A stretch of 64,000 nt of DNA. Origin: Octopus sinensis. Lineage: Eukaryota. The notes under the pieces were generated by a model. It had not been told where the DNA came from, ran no database searches, and worked only from the letters and a program-made list of their open reading frames with translations. Where the stretch lies: contig NC_043002.1 of assembly GCF_006345805.1 (NCBI RefSeq), forward strand, positions 34,968,001 through 35,032,000. Direction: 5' to 3'. The position numbers and the translations under genes were made by a program. Shown in pieces: positions 38,340 through 52,196 of the stretch; the stretch's first letter is position 1; each line of letters starts with the position of its first letter.

Positions 38340-39460
38340 TAAATGGAGAATTAGAGAAAAATAGGAAAACAAGAAACTTCTTTGAAAACATAGGACTTTT
38401 TATTTCTTTGGAACATAACTTTAAAGTCGCTAACTTTCTGAATCTAACATTCAACCTAGATACAGGACTTTATTGTTCATATCACAAACCCAATGCAAAA
38501 TACAATAAATGAATAAAAACTCCAGCCATCCAGAGCAGTGATTAAATCCATAGTTAGGAAAGTTTCATCTAGATTATCTAGGCTTTCTACCAATGAAGAG
38601 ATTTTATCTCAGAATATAGTAATACTGCTTAATTAGGACTGGATATACTGAAAAGATATGTTATGTTCTGGGGTAAAACTGAGAAAATACCTAAGCACAG
38701 TGGAGTAAACTCACAAGAGGATTGATGTAATAATAAGCATCGAGGTAACATTAATTCTTGTAATAACTGACATAGGAATAGGAATGCTTATAACATAGAT
38801 AATGGTATAATGGATAAGAAAACATCAGTCCACATAGCAAGTAGCCAAGATCATCTTCCATTGAAGGAAGCAAATTATCTAAATAACTTTAGCTTTTCCT
38901 TGAAAATACTGGAACATGTCTGGAAAATTTGGAAATTAGACTTCAGTTAGGCATCAGCAAACAGACTAAACATAGTAATAACAGATAGTCATTGCACTGC
39001 ATGTAACCTTAAGAGAACAACTTGATGTAAAACCATCCATACCAATCTAAATAATAACAAAACCACTAGAATTATCTAAAAGAAATAACACATGGTGTAA
39101 TGCTGTCTATTAAATTCACATAGCTACAGATAATCCAGGAATTTTCTTTAGGACATTGGATAAGCATTTTCCCTCCTCTATCAGATGTAGTAAGATATCC
39201 AATAGACATAGTTTGAAATTTACTTATTCCAGTACACATAATCAAGTTGATAATATTGTGGCAATTAACACTAAGAAGTTAAATACTATTTGTAATTACA
39301 AATGTACTTGTAATTATTCAGGCAGTAAATATCAGTCAGTTACAAATAATACATCTTCTTCCAGTATAAATGATAACAATAATACAAAGTAATAAGATAA
39401 ATAAGATCTCTTATGGTACCAAAATTAATATGTGTAACTGTAGGAACTGAGAGAAATGAC
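38340..39460 (+). mobile_element. Decayed Penelope-like element (RT C-terminus and linker toward GIY-YIG)
   Basis: Peptides GLFISLEHNFKVANFLNLTFNLDTGLYCSYHKPN, NSSHP..VIKSI..SRLSRLSTNEE, LDKHFPSS..SKISNRHSLKFTYS and CNCR (39433-39447). Confidence 0.75.
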
Positions 39461-39597
39461 CTCTTATAACTAATGTCTGTACATATATATAAGTATATAA
39501 CCTTGTTTGTCTAGGCACAGGCATAGATGGCATCGCATATGTGGCTCTTATTACATGTTGAATATGTTTTACATATTTTGACTGTACTCTTAATAAT

Positions 39598-39934
39598 ACA
39601 GTTCTATATTTAAGAGATGAGGAATTATGTACATTATTTACATTTGACAGATATTTATCCTCATCTTGTTTGTTAACACAACATTTCGGCTGATATACCA
39701 TCCAGCCTTTATCAGGTGTCTTGAAGAAATTTCAAACCTGGGTTCTCATTCCTAAGGTATTTTTCGATGTTGTTGTTGTTGTTATTGTTGTTTTTGTTGT
39801 TATTCAGGTCACTGCTTGGAATTCAACTTGGAATCTTGGGGTTAGTAGCCCATGCTCTTAAGTGGTTAAGAGCATGGGCTACTAACCCCAAGATTCCAAG
39901 TTCATTTCCAAGCAGTGGCCTGAATAATAATAAC

Positions 39935-39977
<43 letters not shown>

Positions 39978-40114
39978 TTGAAAAATACCTTAGGAATGAG
40001 AACCCAGGTTCGAAATTTCCCCAAGGCACCTGATGAAGGCTGGAGGGTATATCAGCCAAAACGTGTTAACAACAAAGAAAATGAGGACAAATATCCGTCA
40101 AATGTAAATAATGT
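39598..40114. mobile_element. Head-to-head palindrome of a tRNA-headed, (AAT)n-containing element with a hammerhead motif in each arm
   Basis: Arms 39631-39861 and 39866-40114, loop GTGG. tRNA-like head gtggttaagagc-gggCTACTAAccc-...agttcatttcc. Hammerhead motifs at 39675-39720 (-) and 40025-40067 (+). Confidence 0.85.
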
Positions 40115-41489
40115 GTGCTCTTAATGCTTAGTAGCTGTTGTCTTCAGATTATGTGTTTTTTCTGCTTTTATGAATCTCATCTTCTTAATACTGCTACTGA
40201 GGCAGTTATGTATCCAATTGCCCCATATAACTATTGTTAGAAATTTAAAGTTATGATCCAGATGGGGTGACTTCATATTTCTCATCAGTTTGACATAGAT
40301 GTTCTCTTTTTCACTAACCTTTAACATTGTGTTGACATCTGATGTGCAGCTGATTTCAACAACTTTAGAAAGTTTCTTTTCTTTGTTCCTGATCATTGTC
40401 TGGTCTGTTGTGCTTGCATTTTATTTAAAGTTTTGACATGAATAATCCACCAGTATTCTTTAATGTTAAATGTGGTTATGCTCTCCCCATCCCTCTAGCT
40501 TTATTATATTTATCTCTTCAGGATTATCCTTTCTACTGACTTCATTTTATAGTGTTCCAGCCACACCACATCTCATAGTTAGGTAATATTGTGAGGACAT
40601 TTTATAATGTGAGTGACAACTTCAATGTTAATTCTACAAAACCTGCACCAGTTGTCCCAATAACATGTGTTTTTGAAGAATAAAATTATGAAAAAAATCA
40701 GAAGAAAGAGTCTATAGCTTCTTTCTTTAACTATTTTCCCCTCAACTTAGATGATGACAGCAGTTTTGAAGGTGCTCTTTCAGTGAGCGACACTCAAAAA
40801 TTAGTTGAGATTATAGCAAAAATTTCAGTTATATTTCTTCTAAGTGATTATACTTGAGTGAAGAGCCATACTCTTTACATATTCATGTTGTGGTTTCGTT
40901 TCTTTGATTTTTTTTTTTTGTCTTACAAAATGTAAATTGAGATGTTTCTATTATTTCTGCTTCATCTGTATTTCTGCTATAACCCCACCTCTATCATTAC
41001 CTATACACACACACAACATTGTGGTTGTTCTATTACATCATTTCTCAACTCTTACTGTAATTGGTGGAACATTACTACTAAGAGAAAAACCAGGCTTAAT
41101 ATACTGTTTATTTTGATTTTTTATTGTTAATTAAATGCTAATTAGGGTTAATTAAAACCTATTTATTCTGTCTGTCTAATGGTTTCTTTCAGTTCACTGG
41201 AAAAAACAAAAAGGAACTTTATACCAAAGCTAAACGAAACAATTTTCTATTATAAACAATCATTAATTCTTGGTTGGAGGAGAGAATAATTCTTACCTTA
41301 TTCTAACCGCATTTAGTGATTTTACCAGGAAGGGGTAGACCTGTACACTACCAATAAAAGGAATACAGAAAGAATTTAAAAAATAATAATAAAAATAGAC
41401 ATTTAATGAAATTTTTTTGTTCATATTTAAATGGTTTTATTTTGTCTTATATAAACACAGTGAACTCTTTCTACTGGACCAATTCTGCT

Positions 41490-42650
41490 TTAATAATGGC
41501 ATTACTCCAGAGCACTTAAAAATTACCATCATTATTCCTCTATTCAAAAAGGGCAACCACACATTTCCTATCAATTATTGACCAGTGAGTCTCACTATGT
41601 TGCCAATTTGGGGAAGTTCTGTGTCAGAGAGACACTCAGGAACTTTCATAACCTTATATGACCCTCACAGTTTGGATTTATATCTAACTCCAGCTGCTGT
41701 GGCCAACTCATCACTCTTTTTGGAAACTTTACCAAAATTACTGATGGCAGCTCATGGGTAGAGGTTATCTATTTCAGCTTCATCAAAACCTTTAATCCTG
41801 TACCACACAAGTGATGTATGGTGAAGTTTTGTGCAATGTATATGAGTTAATCTTTATAAATGATTGATATCCTTCATTCTTGGTCAAAAAAGGTAGTCAT
41901 TGTACTAGGACAAATTCTGCACACTGTAATAACATTTGGATCCCTGCATTGTTGGTCTCCTGTTGTTTGTTGCATATATATTGATGAAATACATTCCAGC
42001 TTGAAACGTTTCTGTGTTTAGTTATGCTGACAACATTTAAGTGTATTTTTACATCAAAAGAATGAATCCTATATATTATAAATCTTTCCTGCAATCTAAC
42101 CTAAACACAGCGCAGCAATGGATTACTGACTGGTAACTCAAGCTGGCTGTAGACAAGTTCACCATTATACATTTTTGGAGGAAAAATCTAGAATTCACCT
42201 GCTCTTGCCACAACACTAACCTTAAGTTTGCTGGTGAACATCTTCAATGATGTGTATGCGATGAACCACATATCTAAAATCTTCTAGAAGACTGAAGGTT
42301 TCTTAGCATCACTAAGATCTTTTCCAGCTGCTCACCAATTATCTATTTAAAACTATATATGGTTATTGTACATCCACACAGTTTACATCTTCAATCTGGA
42401 ACCTCCATCATGCCCAAAATACTATCTGCTGGAAGATGTCCAGGGTGCAGTCAGATAAATACCATCCTTCAGTCATTTACTATATCTTGAACATGATGTT
42501 TCTCTGAGTATTGACACACTAAAGCTTGGTAGAAGCCCACAAAATTATCCACCATCTTTCTAACCATTTTCAAATTTAGTATCTCTACCACCTTTGGACA
42601 TGTTTATAAAACTGGAAAACAGCAGAGCACACATGACTTTCACAAACATC
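41490..42650 (+). mobile_element. Decayed CR1-like LINE RT fragments
   Basis: Motifs I.PLFKKG...NY*PVSLT (41530-41600), QFGF and VIYF.F.K.F..VPHK (41760-41810). Confidence 0.6.
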
Positions 42651-43043
42651 TTTATATGCACGAAATTCAAAACATAGAACAAAACATGTAAGTTGTTAGC
42701 TGTCAGGACTCTATAATCTTTCAAAAATTCCATGCTTCCCTAGATTTGCCACACTACTCTTAACATGCCTATGCACCCTTGCTTTATTATGGTACTTTTA
42801 CTATACTCTGTTTCCACTTCTACTCTTTTCCAATGAGTTGTGCAGCACCTGAGCACTGTGTACAACAAGTTCATAATTATTATCATTATTATTTTATTGA
42901 GGAAGAATTATGATTTCAAAGGACCTTCCTATGCAGTTTACATTATCATTGGCCCCAGTGGGGCAACTCTTTATGGCTTTCTATATTTCTATATTACTGC
43001 TCACTTCTCCTCCTCTAAAAAAATAAGTTATACAACTTTCAGC

Positions 43044-43135
<92 letters not shown>

Positions 43136-43988
43136 CTCTCTCTCTCTCTTCCCCGTCTAGATGTAGAAACAGACAATAAGAAATCACGTTTTATATAGTT
43201 TCTTTGACTAAATGTATCAATGGAATCTTTCCAGCAGCCATGCAGTGCAGCAAACTAAGAAAATAGATGAATACAGAGAAAAGAAACAGGATGGAAAAAT
43301 TGTGCAATTATCACAATTAACATGTGCAAGGCTATATTTTTGTTTTATCTCATTATATTCTACATATATTGTAAGAGATCATTAATATAGTGTATATAGC
43401 TTTAGAACTTACGCAAAAATTAATATCAACAAATATAGAAAATATCTGAAAAAGCAAGCAAAAATGTTTTTATTCACTAGAAGCTATTGACATATACATA
43501 CATATATATACATGGAAGGGAGGGGAGAGAGAAAGAGATAGTGTTTTTGACTGCATTAGATTTCAGTGTTTAATCTCAACGCCTTCTTTGAAGTTCATAC
43601 ATTTAACGAGTTTTCCTAATAATATCTGACTGCACAACTGTAAATGAATACAGTAAAAGCACCAGACTTCTTACACTACACAAACTTGTCATTAAATATC
43701 CAATAAATATGAGAAATTCTTCTGGGAAGTTAGGATGTAATTTTTATAAATATAATAGATTACATGCATGCCTCTGTTATAATAGACATGTCTATAATAT
43801 GATATAATAGACATGTCTCTATAGGTAATATTGCTATTGGTAATATTATGATCACTATTATTGGTGGTTGACAACATGCGTGTGTATGTACATGTGCATG
43901 CACGCACATGTGTGTGTATGTATATGTTTGCATATATGATATATATATATATATATATTATTTATGGTATGAATCAATGGCTGATTCA

Positions 43989-44028
<40 letters not shown>

Positions 44029-44030
<2 letters not shown>

Positions 44031-44277
44031 AGGCATGTGGCTTAGTGGTTAGGGTGTCAACATCATGATCGTAAGATTGTGGTTTTGATTCCTCGACCGG
44101 GCGACGCATTGCATTCTTGAGCAAAACACTTCATTTCACATTGCTCCAGTCCACTCAGCTGGCAAAAATGAGTAATGCTGCAATGGACTGGTGTCCTGTC
44201 CAGCTGGGGAACACAAATGCCATTGAAACCAGGAAACTGGGCCCATGAGCCTGGCTAGGCTTTAAAAGGGCGCATGT
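44029..44277 (+). mobile_element. tRNA-derived SINE (CORE-like)
   Basis: ggcatgtggcttagtggttagggtg...gattcc head followed by cttgagcaaaacacttcatttcac. Confidence 0.7.
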
Positions 44278-45044
44278 ATTTTATTTGATATATATATGAG
44301 AGGAAGAGCATAGTGATGTGATAATGGATTGTTGAGGAGGTTCCCATCTCTCACGCTGTCTTCTTCCATACACTGGCACTAAAGAAAACTCTGTTTACAT
44401 CCTACAAGGGTTATCCATAGTTAAAAGATGTTTGTTGGAAATATTGCAATATATCAGTCATATTGTGCCTAGAAAATTTTCCACAACTGACTACCTAGAA
44501 ATAATATATTCAAGCCATTGCTAGTGCCCTGTCCTGCTTAGCTATATAGACTTAATCAATAAGACTAACTCTAGTACTCTACTTTGCTCAGCTGTATGGA
44601 CATAATTAGTATATAGTCAGGACTAACTCTAATACCCTACAATATCTGGTTTTATAAAATATTTCAGGAAAATTTACACTGTATATGCCCTTCTCCTTGA
44701 AAAGTGCATCCCTTTACAACATTTCAGCTATCCAAGTACAAAACTGGCTTGAACTTGGGACACATATTTTGAGTCAGGTCTTATTCAGAGTTATTGCCAC
44801 ATCTAGATGTGATCAGAGAATGACATCTCGCTCATATAGCTTCTTTGAGCTTTATTTCTATGGACTAGGTGACTTTCCTAACACCAACTATTTCACAGAG
44901 TGTATTTGATTCATTGTCATGGGACCAGCATTAATAATGTTGTCTTGTATCTTGCAAGACAAAAAGGGATCCTCACTGCTCTATATTGTTCATTCAAGTG
45001 TGAGTAGAAGAAAGCCAGTAGCAGAAGATAAACTTGGGTTGAGA

Positions 45045-45495
<451 letters not shown>

Positions 45496-45869
45496 TTAAA
45501 GGGAAATAGAATGCAATGTGGATGAGAAGAGTTAGATGAGAAAACCAATGCCCAATGCTAGAGGAGAACTGAAGGGAGACAGTCGAGTCAAATGTTATGA
45601 AAGACAGTAATGACAGCAATATGTTAATGGGAAAGAGACACTAACTGCAGTTACATGTTTGTAGGTTAAAGAGAGAGTGATAGATCAGCATGATCACTAT
45701 ACTAATTAAGTAATATATGTCAAGCATAGTGATTTGAGGGAAAGGAAGTGATGCTGGTCAATACAGGAGAGTAAATGGAGAAGTGCATTGGATACCAGCA
45801 TATCTGATGCCAACCCTCATTATTCAGACATTGTGATGGAACTATTCTCTTCTTTATACATTACATGCT

Positions 45870-47170
45870 TGTCCTAATGCAGCCTTTTCTCTTGTGCATC
45901 TGATTCCTTTCATATCCAAATTTTCTCTCTCATTTCATTCATACTCTGTTCATGCACACTAACATTATACATCCAACAAATCATGCTTGGTTCATGCAGT
46001 GAATATGAATAGGTACAATAAGGAGTTGAGTGACTATCAAATAGGCAAGTGGTACAGCAAATGGAGACTTCTTAAGAACGAAATGAGTAAATCACTCAGT
46101 TTAGCATATATTAGCATGCTTACATAGGTAGACAGATCTTCTCCAACCCTGCTTGTCACCAATCATAACAGTCCTTTGTCATTTCCTTTATGAAGTGCAA
46201 TATTTTCAGATCAGTCTTTACCATTTCATTCCAAGTCTTTCTCACTCTTCCTCTTCATTATACAGCTGTTATCCTCCATATACATCTTCTGCCCATAGTA
46301 TTGGTTTTCTCTCTTGGACACACTATCTGATACCCCTTGCATTCAGTTTTCTCTCAGCTCTTTTATATTCTGTTGTTCATGCACACTAACCTACCCTGAA
46401 ATTATTGGCCTTGCACCAAAATTTGAAACCAATTAGTTCACCAAGATAACAGAAATCAACCATTTCCAGGGCATTTGTGAGAATCTACTTCTCAAGTGCT
46501 CTTAGTGCTTATTGTCCATGTGCACCTACTGCATATGAAGTCTGCCTTTTCTGTTAGTCCATCTGTGATCTCATTACACCTCTTATAGTTACACTAGAAT
46601 TATATGGAATTGTTGCCTGCTCTTTTCTGCATATTAAGCTTAGCCATTTCCTTGGTGGTGGTAGGGTTCTGTCTTCTTTTCTACATAATAAAACTTTGGT
46701 CTTTGCTAAGCTTTCTTTAAAGCCATTCAATTCCATGTTTTGCTTCCATGTCTAGAATATCTTCTGTAAATCTACTAGATATTCAGCTATAAAAACTAAG
46801 CTATCAGCATAGACGGATTCCCCAGGACAGACAGTCTTAAACTCCTATTATAGCTTGGTTAACTGACTCTAATAAACATGAGGCACTTGAGGACTGAGCC
46901 CTAATGAACTCCTACCTGCATACTAAATTTATCGCTGTTCTTATTACTGATTCTCACTTAGGTGATTGCACCTCTAAACATGGAATTTATCTACTAGTTT
47001 TCTTAGCAGCCAGCTAAGTATGGTACTCAGTCAAAGGCCTTCTCCAAGCTGACAGTTGCTAGTTATGCAGACTTAGTCCTGAGTACTTCTCTTGGAATTG
47101 TTTCTGCAGGAATATGGTGTCAGAAAGTTGAACTTATCTCATTGAGGCTAATCTTATACTTAATTACTTT
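45870..47170 (-). mobile_element. Decayed RTE-clade LINE fragments
   Basis: Peptide GFKESLAKTKVLLCRKEDRTLPPPRKWLSLICRK corresponds to the RTE RT C-terminus/Cys region also seen at 24.9-25.1 kb. Confidence 0.65.
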
Positions 47171-49159
47171 CACTTTCATATATTAAAATAACCATTATAG
47201 TTATTATGTCTTAACCTTCTCAGTATCAACCCGCCTGATACAACTACCTTTGATTCTACTGTACAAGTAATTTTCTTTTAAAATATTTATATTAAAACAT
47301 TCTCACTAAAATTTTAAACAAGAACCTTTTGCCATTTTCCAAACAACATTTTATTTTTGAAAAAGTTATTTTTACTAAAGAACTCCAAATTCTTAACTAC
47401 TGTCCAGGTTCCAATTAATTTTGAAAATATAGTTTATTAAAAATATAGTTATGGATGGGTTAATACTGATGTATTCTGCTGTGATCATTATGATCAGCAT
47501 GATTAATGTCATAAATATTTCACATCATCATACATAAATCATAGGTTGACAATTATTTTTTATTATCTTGGATATCAAAAGACAGAATGATTACCATTTG
47601 TTGTTTGGTTGATTTGCTAAATGCTTTCAAGCTTCAGTAATTATGATTAAAACTTAATGATTACGGTGATGTGTTTGTTGTTGTTTAACCTTAGGTTAGC
47701 CCCGGTCTAGCAAATCTCTGATCAAAATTACTCTTACTTTTAGCATCCCTTCATTTTTCATGTATGTCAGGCAACAAAATCAACCCTGATCAAAAGCTAT
47801 GATAAAAGGCATTGCAACCATGAACATATTATTATTATTATTATATTATTATTATTATTCATTCTATATAACTACATTATCATCCCCAATGTACCCTTTC
47901 CTATTTTGATAATGTTGAGGTATGGTATGAGGGATGTTTGGTTGTTCTTTCTAGCCTGTTAAGTGACTGGCTAAAAAGAAGTGCTCTTTACATTTAGAGT
48001 ATACTGTCAATGGGATGCTACCACAACAGCCATCCTATAATATAGTCTCTATTATGACCAAATGTTGTTCCTCTATTAGAGTGCCACTTTATTCAGGAGC
48101 AGTCAGTAGGATTAGTCTAATGTTTCAGCTGCCAATCTAAAATGATTCAGTGTTACTACTGAGAAGTATTTATAAGTATCATCTCCCTTCTATCCGGTTC
48201 CACTGTGACCAGATAGTTGCCAGATATCTGAATTTTCTGGATCATCACTTTTTAAATTACCAAAGCATCTTCTAAACTCATTAAAACTATGTGTATACAT
48301 TAGTGTTATCATTAATGTTCTGAATAAATAAGAAGAAATTAAAGTATAATGTAAGTAAAGAACAAGTTTTATTTGCCTAATGAAATACAGGTATTGTAAA
48401 TACTATAAAATAAATTACTGTGTTGTACTTAGAGAAGCAACAATCCATTTTAGATACAGCAGTAACTTTCTTTTAATGACAATTATTTAACACAAATTAG
48501 CACAAATTCTTGACTCTAATTTTAATATCTTTTTTCTTTATTTTTGGAGGTGGGGATGTACCAGTTGCTTGAGAATGCCAGTTATTTGATTACTGGATAG
48601 GAGGGTGTTTACTGTATACAGTATATGTGCATCAATATTTCTCTGTTTTAAAACATCATTGTTTCTCAGAGAAGTTTTACCAAAATTTGCAAGGAAATCT
48701 AGATGCAACCCAGAATAATATACTAACTCAAAAAATCTCCAGTTTGAGGTTTCCTTGGGGTAAAAGAGGGATAAATCAAGAAAAACAAATGTAGAAAGAC
48801 ATCTTTTAGATGTAATGGAGTAGTAGTTGCAAAGGATTGTTAGTGTGAGGTAAAGAAAAGTCAATCAGACAGGACATGATTTAGAGTTCACATTAACAAT
48901 ACATTTCAAAGAAAATTCTTTGTTTTTAGTCTTTAGCGTGTCTGAAACTGCTTTTTAGCATCATACTTTTCACTGACTATCACTACCAAATTACCAAATT
49001 TTAACTTCTAAGTCCTAGCTTTGTCCTCGTTGAGCTTTCTGTTAAAGGCAAACATAGCCATTCGACTGCTATCATTGACATGGTACTTGCAACCTTTAGG
49101 GGCTGACCATGAATGTTCACAACCATATGACCGTACCCACTCAGCTCAACATCTCACCT

Positions 49160-49340
49160 CCAAGCTCTCCTGATTAGAACCTTCTGAACTATTCTGTCTG
49201 GGGCATCATTGAGAGGAGACCAAACAGCAACTACCCAGTACTAAGGACTCATTAAAGGCTACCATCATAGGTGTGGTAGACAACATGAATAAGATCTTGG
49301 TATGCGGTTTCTTCTGTAGCTACATCAAATACTTTGCCCT
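49160..49340 (+). mobile_element. Tc1/mariner transposase remnant
   Basis: PSSPD*NLLNYSVWGIIER resembles the SPDLNP.DY..W motif. Confidence 0.55.
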
Positions 49341-50399
49341 TCACTCAAAGAGTGAAGCCCTTTATTGCCTGTAGAATCCACCACTATTCTTACACTGGAT
49401 GCTATGCTTTCAGTACATTCAACTCCTCTGCTAATTAGGCCACTTAGGTGGCAGAGACTATCAACTACGTCTAAGGAGCCTCCTGAACATTAAAGGCAGT
49501 TTCTCATGCATTCTTACAACTGTTTGTTTTCTCTTAAACTTCCATATCTTTCTTTCCTGTTTTGCACATCTGGGTTCATCTAGCTCTACCTCTGAATTCT
49601 CTAATCACTAAGTTATATTCGGTAATGCATTCTTCACCAGGGAAAGGCTTAGCATTTACAACTATCCATATATCCTGTTTTCCAGTCAGAATAAAGTCTA
49701 TCTGGTTTGTGTGTTTAACTGATTGGTACCTGATCAGATGGTCAGTTTCTTTAAGTTAGTGCTGAAAAGGTCATTATCATCACAGAACTCCAGGAGTATT
49801 GATTCTTCCTTATTTCTGCAATCAAAGCCACATCTTTCATGTACACCATGGAATATATCCTAGTATTGCCCAACATGTTCATTAGTCAATAGCTAAAATA
49901 GTGCCATTCATTCGCATGGTCTGCATAGACAAATACACAAAGACTGTGTGTGTGTAATTATGTTTGACTGAAACATCAAATTTCAGTAAACAATTTATTT
50001 AACCAGTATTGATAATTTTTCTTTTTAATGTTTTTACAGTGAACAATAGAAACTTTCATTTTAAAGAGAGGTTGTTGAAGGTAAACTACAATTGTGGAGA
50101 GAATTCTGTTAGAAAAAGAATATTTTATTATTTTCAAGTAAAATTCTGAGAAATAAGGTTTAACATTAGTAGGGGAGGGTGACTAGCTAAAGAAACTGAA
50201 GGTGAAGGAAGGTCAAGAGTGTTAGTTTATTGAATTTATTGACGTCAAGAGGGTGAAGGCAAGATTTGGTGTTTATGCTTGTGTGCATAGATGCTTTAGT
50301 TCTTGTGTGTGTGTGTTTACAATTGTGTTGTATGTATACATGATGTATGTATATTGTGTGAATTTTTATGAAAATATGGAAGAAGTTAATGTGGTGAAT

Positions 50400-50850
50400 T
50401 ACATATTCAAAACATGTAAGTTAAAGTCCTCTTCCTGAAAGCCATCAAATATTGCCTGCAATTCTGTTTAAATTTCATCTATCATCTCAGAGCAGTTCCC
50501 CCTTCAAATTCAATTTCATTTTGGACACCACAGTGAAATGACTGGAAAATAGATGAGACAAGTACAGAGGGTGTGGAACAACTGACATTTTGTTTTGAGT
50601 CAGGCACTGCATCATCTTGAGGAGATCTTCCTGATGAAATTCATCATTAACTCTTGTCATGTGGGAGAGTTGATGGTGTGTTCACAGATGTTCCTCATAG
50701 ATGAGCTCATGCACTTCATTTCCACATTTCCTGATGTTTTGCTGCTGATTCGACTCCTTGAACCCTCGTCATCCTCATCTAAATTTTCTACTTTCCTTCA
50801 AATGTGCATTGCCATTCAGAATCATGTATGATACCTAAAGGATATTTGCC
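50400..50850 (-). mobile_element. Internally deleted mariner transposase remnant
   Basis: Minus-strand fragments ENLDEDDEGSRSRISSKTSGNVE (N-terminal HTH region) are joined to HPLYLSHL...KMKLNLKG...DEI*TELQAIFDGFQEEDF (YSPDLAP region). Confidence 0.5.
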
Positions 50851-51113
50851 AAAGGTCTAACAAAACAGTGTTAGCAGATGTACACACACATCATCATCAT
50901 CATTCCGTTGTCTCTCCTGGTATAGGTGGGATTGTTTAACCAGGGCTAGTAAGCTGAGGGGCTGCACCAGACTCCAGTCTGATTTGGCATGGTTTCCATG
51001 GCTGGATGCCCTTCCTAACACCAACCATTCCATATGCACATATATACACACATACATATATATATATGTATGCATATACACACACAATGTGTGTATGTGT
51101 ATATATTTATTTA

Positions 51114-51318
51114 TGATGGGGTGCTGAAAAGTTCCTGACTTTGAGTAAAAGAAAATACAGGAGGATCAGTTAATTATGATTTTGTTCAACATATTCCCCT
51201 TCTACACATTAGTGGTCCTTCAGTTTTTCTAAGCCCTGTAAAAGAACTCAGACTGGTTGACCTCCAATCAGGCCTTTCGCAATACCCTTAAAGCCAGGAA
51301 TTTTTCAGCACCCCTTCG
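51114..51318. mobile_element. Mariner-type MITE
   Basis: ~29-bp TIRs (tgatggggtgctgaaaagttcctgacttt and the reverse complement cgaaggggtgctgaaaaattcctggcttt) flanked by TA on both sides. Confidence 0.85.
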
Positions 51319-51862
51319 TATGTATGTATATATATATATATATATTTATTTACATTGAAAAGTTGATAGTGACTTCAAATTTTGCCGTATATCAGCTTCA
51401 TGAGACTAACATTTTTAGTATTTTCTCCTGCCTTCTTTCTGAGAAAAACATAAATCCATAGTTATATCTATATATTATTTTACATCTGCTTTTCATGTTG
51501 TGGTTTTTTTCATTGCTGCTCTCTTAGATAGCTTAGAGAACAACATCTCACAAGTTTCATTTTTGGCATGGCTTCTACAAACAAATACCATTCCTAATAT
51601 CAACTATTGTACAGTGCATGTTGTAACGACCACCAGGTCAACAAATGATGAACAGAGCGGAGTGTTTATTATTGGCTTGATTAACTTCTGTTGCTATCCT
51701 CTCTCACTAGGAAAATGACATCAATAGTACTCCTTCTGGCACAAGTCAAAACTACATCTCATTTATTTTAATTCTCTTGCTAATCAATTGTGTCATAACC
51801 TTTCTGTAACTTTCATAACCTAAAATACAGTTTAATATCTCTGTGGTTTCCTCTCTCTGGAG

Positions 51863-52196
51863 CAGTGGTTCTCAACTGGGGTCCATATAAGAATGGCAGG
51901 CAGGGGATGGAGAGGTCCACACAACAAAATAGTAAATTTGGGATCCACAATAATATTTAAAGGATCCCTGAAAATAAATTTGCTTTAGGTGTGTGTATTG
52001 CAAGAAACAGCTAGGTTTCTTTCTCTAACATTTTACATAGTTCAACCTACACAAGTTAATATGTAAAAAGCAAAATAGGAATTTTGAAAGAAGTATCTAC
52101 AAAACTAGTTTTTAAACATTGAATGGCTAAGGGGATCCACCACAATAAAATAGTAATCAAAAGGGTCTATAGACAAAAAATGGTTGAGAACCCCTG
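51863..52196. mobile_element. hAT (Charlie-like) MITE
   Basis: TIR CAGTGGTTCTCAAC...GTTGAGAACCCCTG with 8-bp TSD ctctggag/ctctagag (NTCTAGAN-type target). Confidence 0.88.

Noticed and set aside
39767-40059. Nearly identical peptides on both strands (LGILGLVAHAL...)
   Set aside because: A consequence of the palindrome, not a protein.
48538-48864. 108-aa minus-strand ORF in unique sequence
   Set aside because: No recognisable domain, no convincing splice signals, and AT-rich composition.
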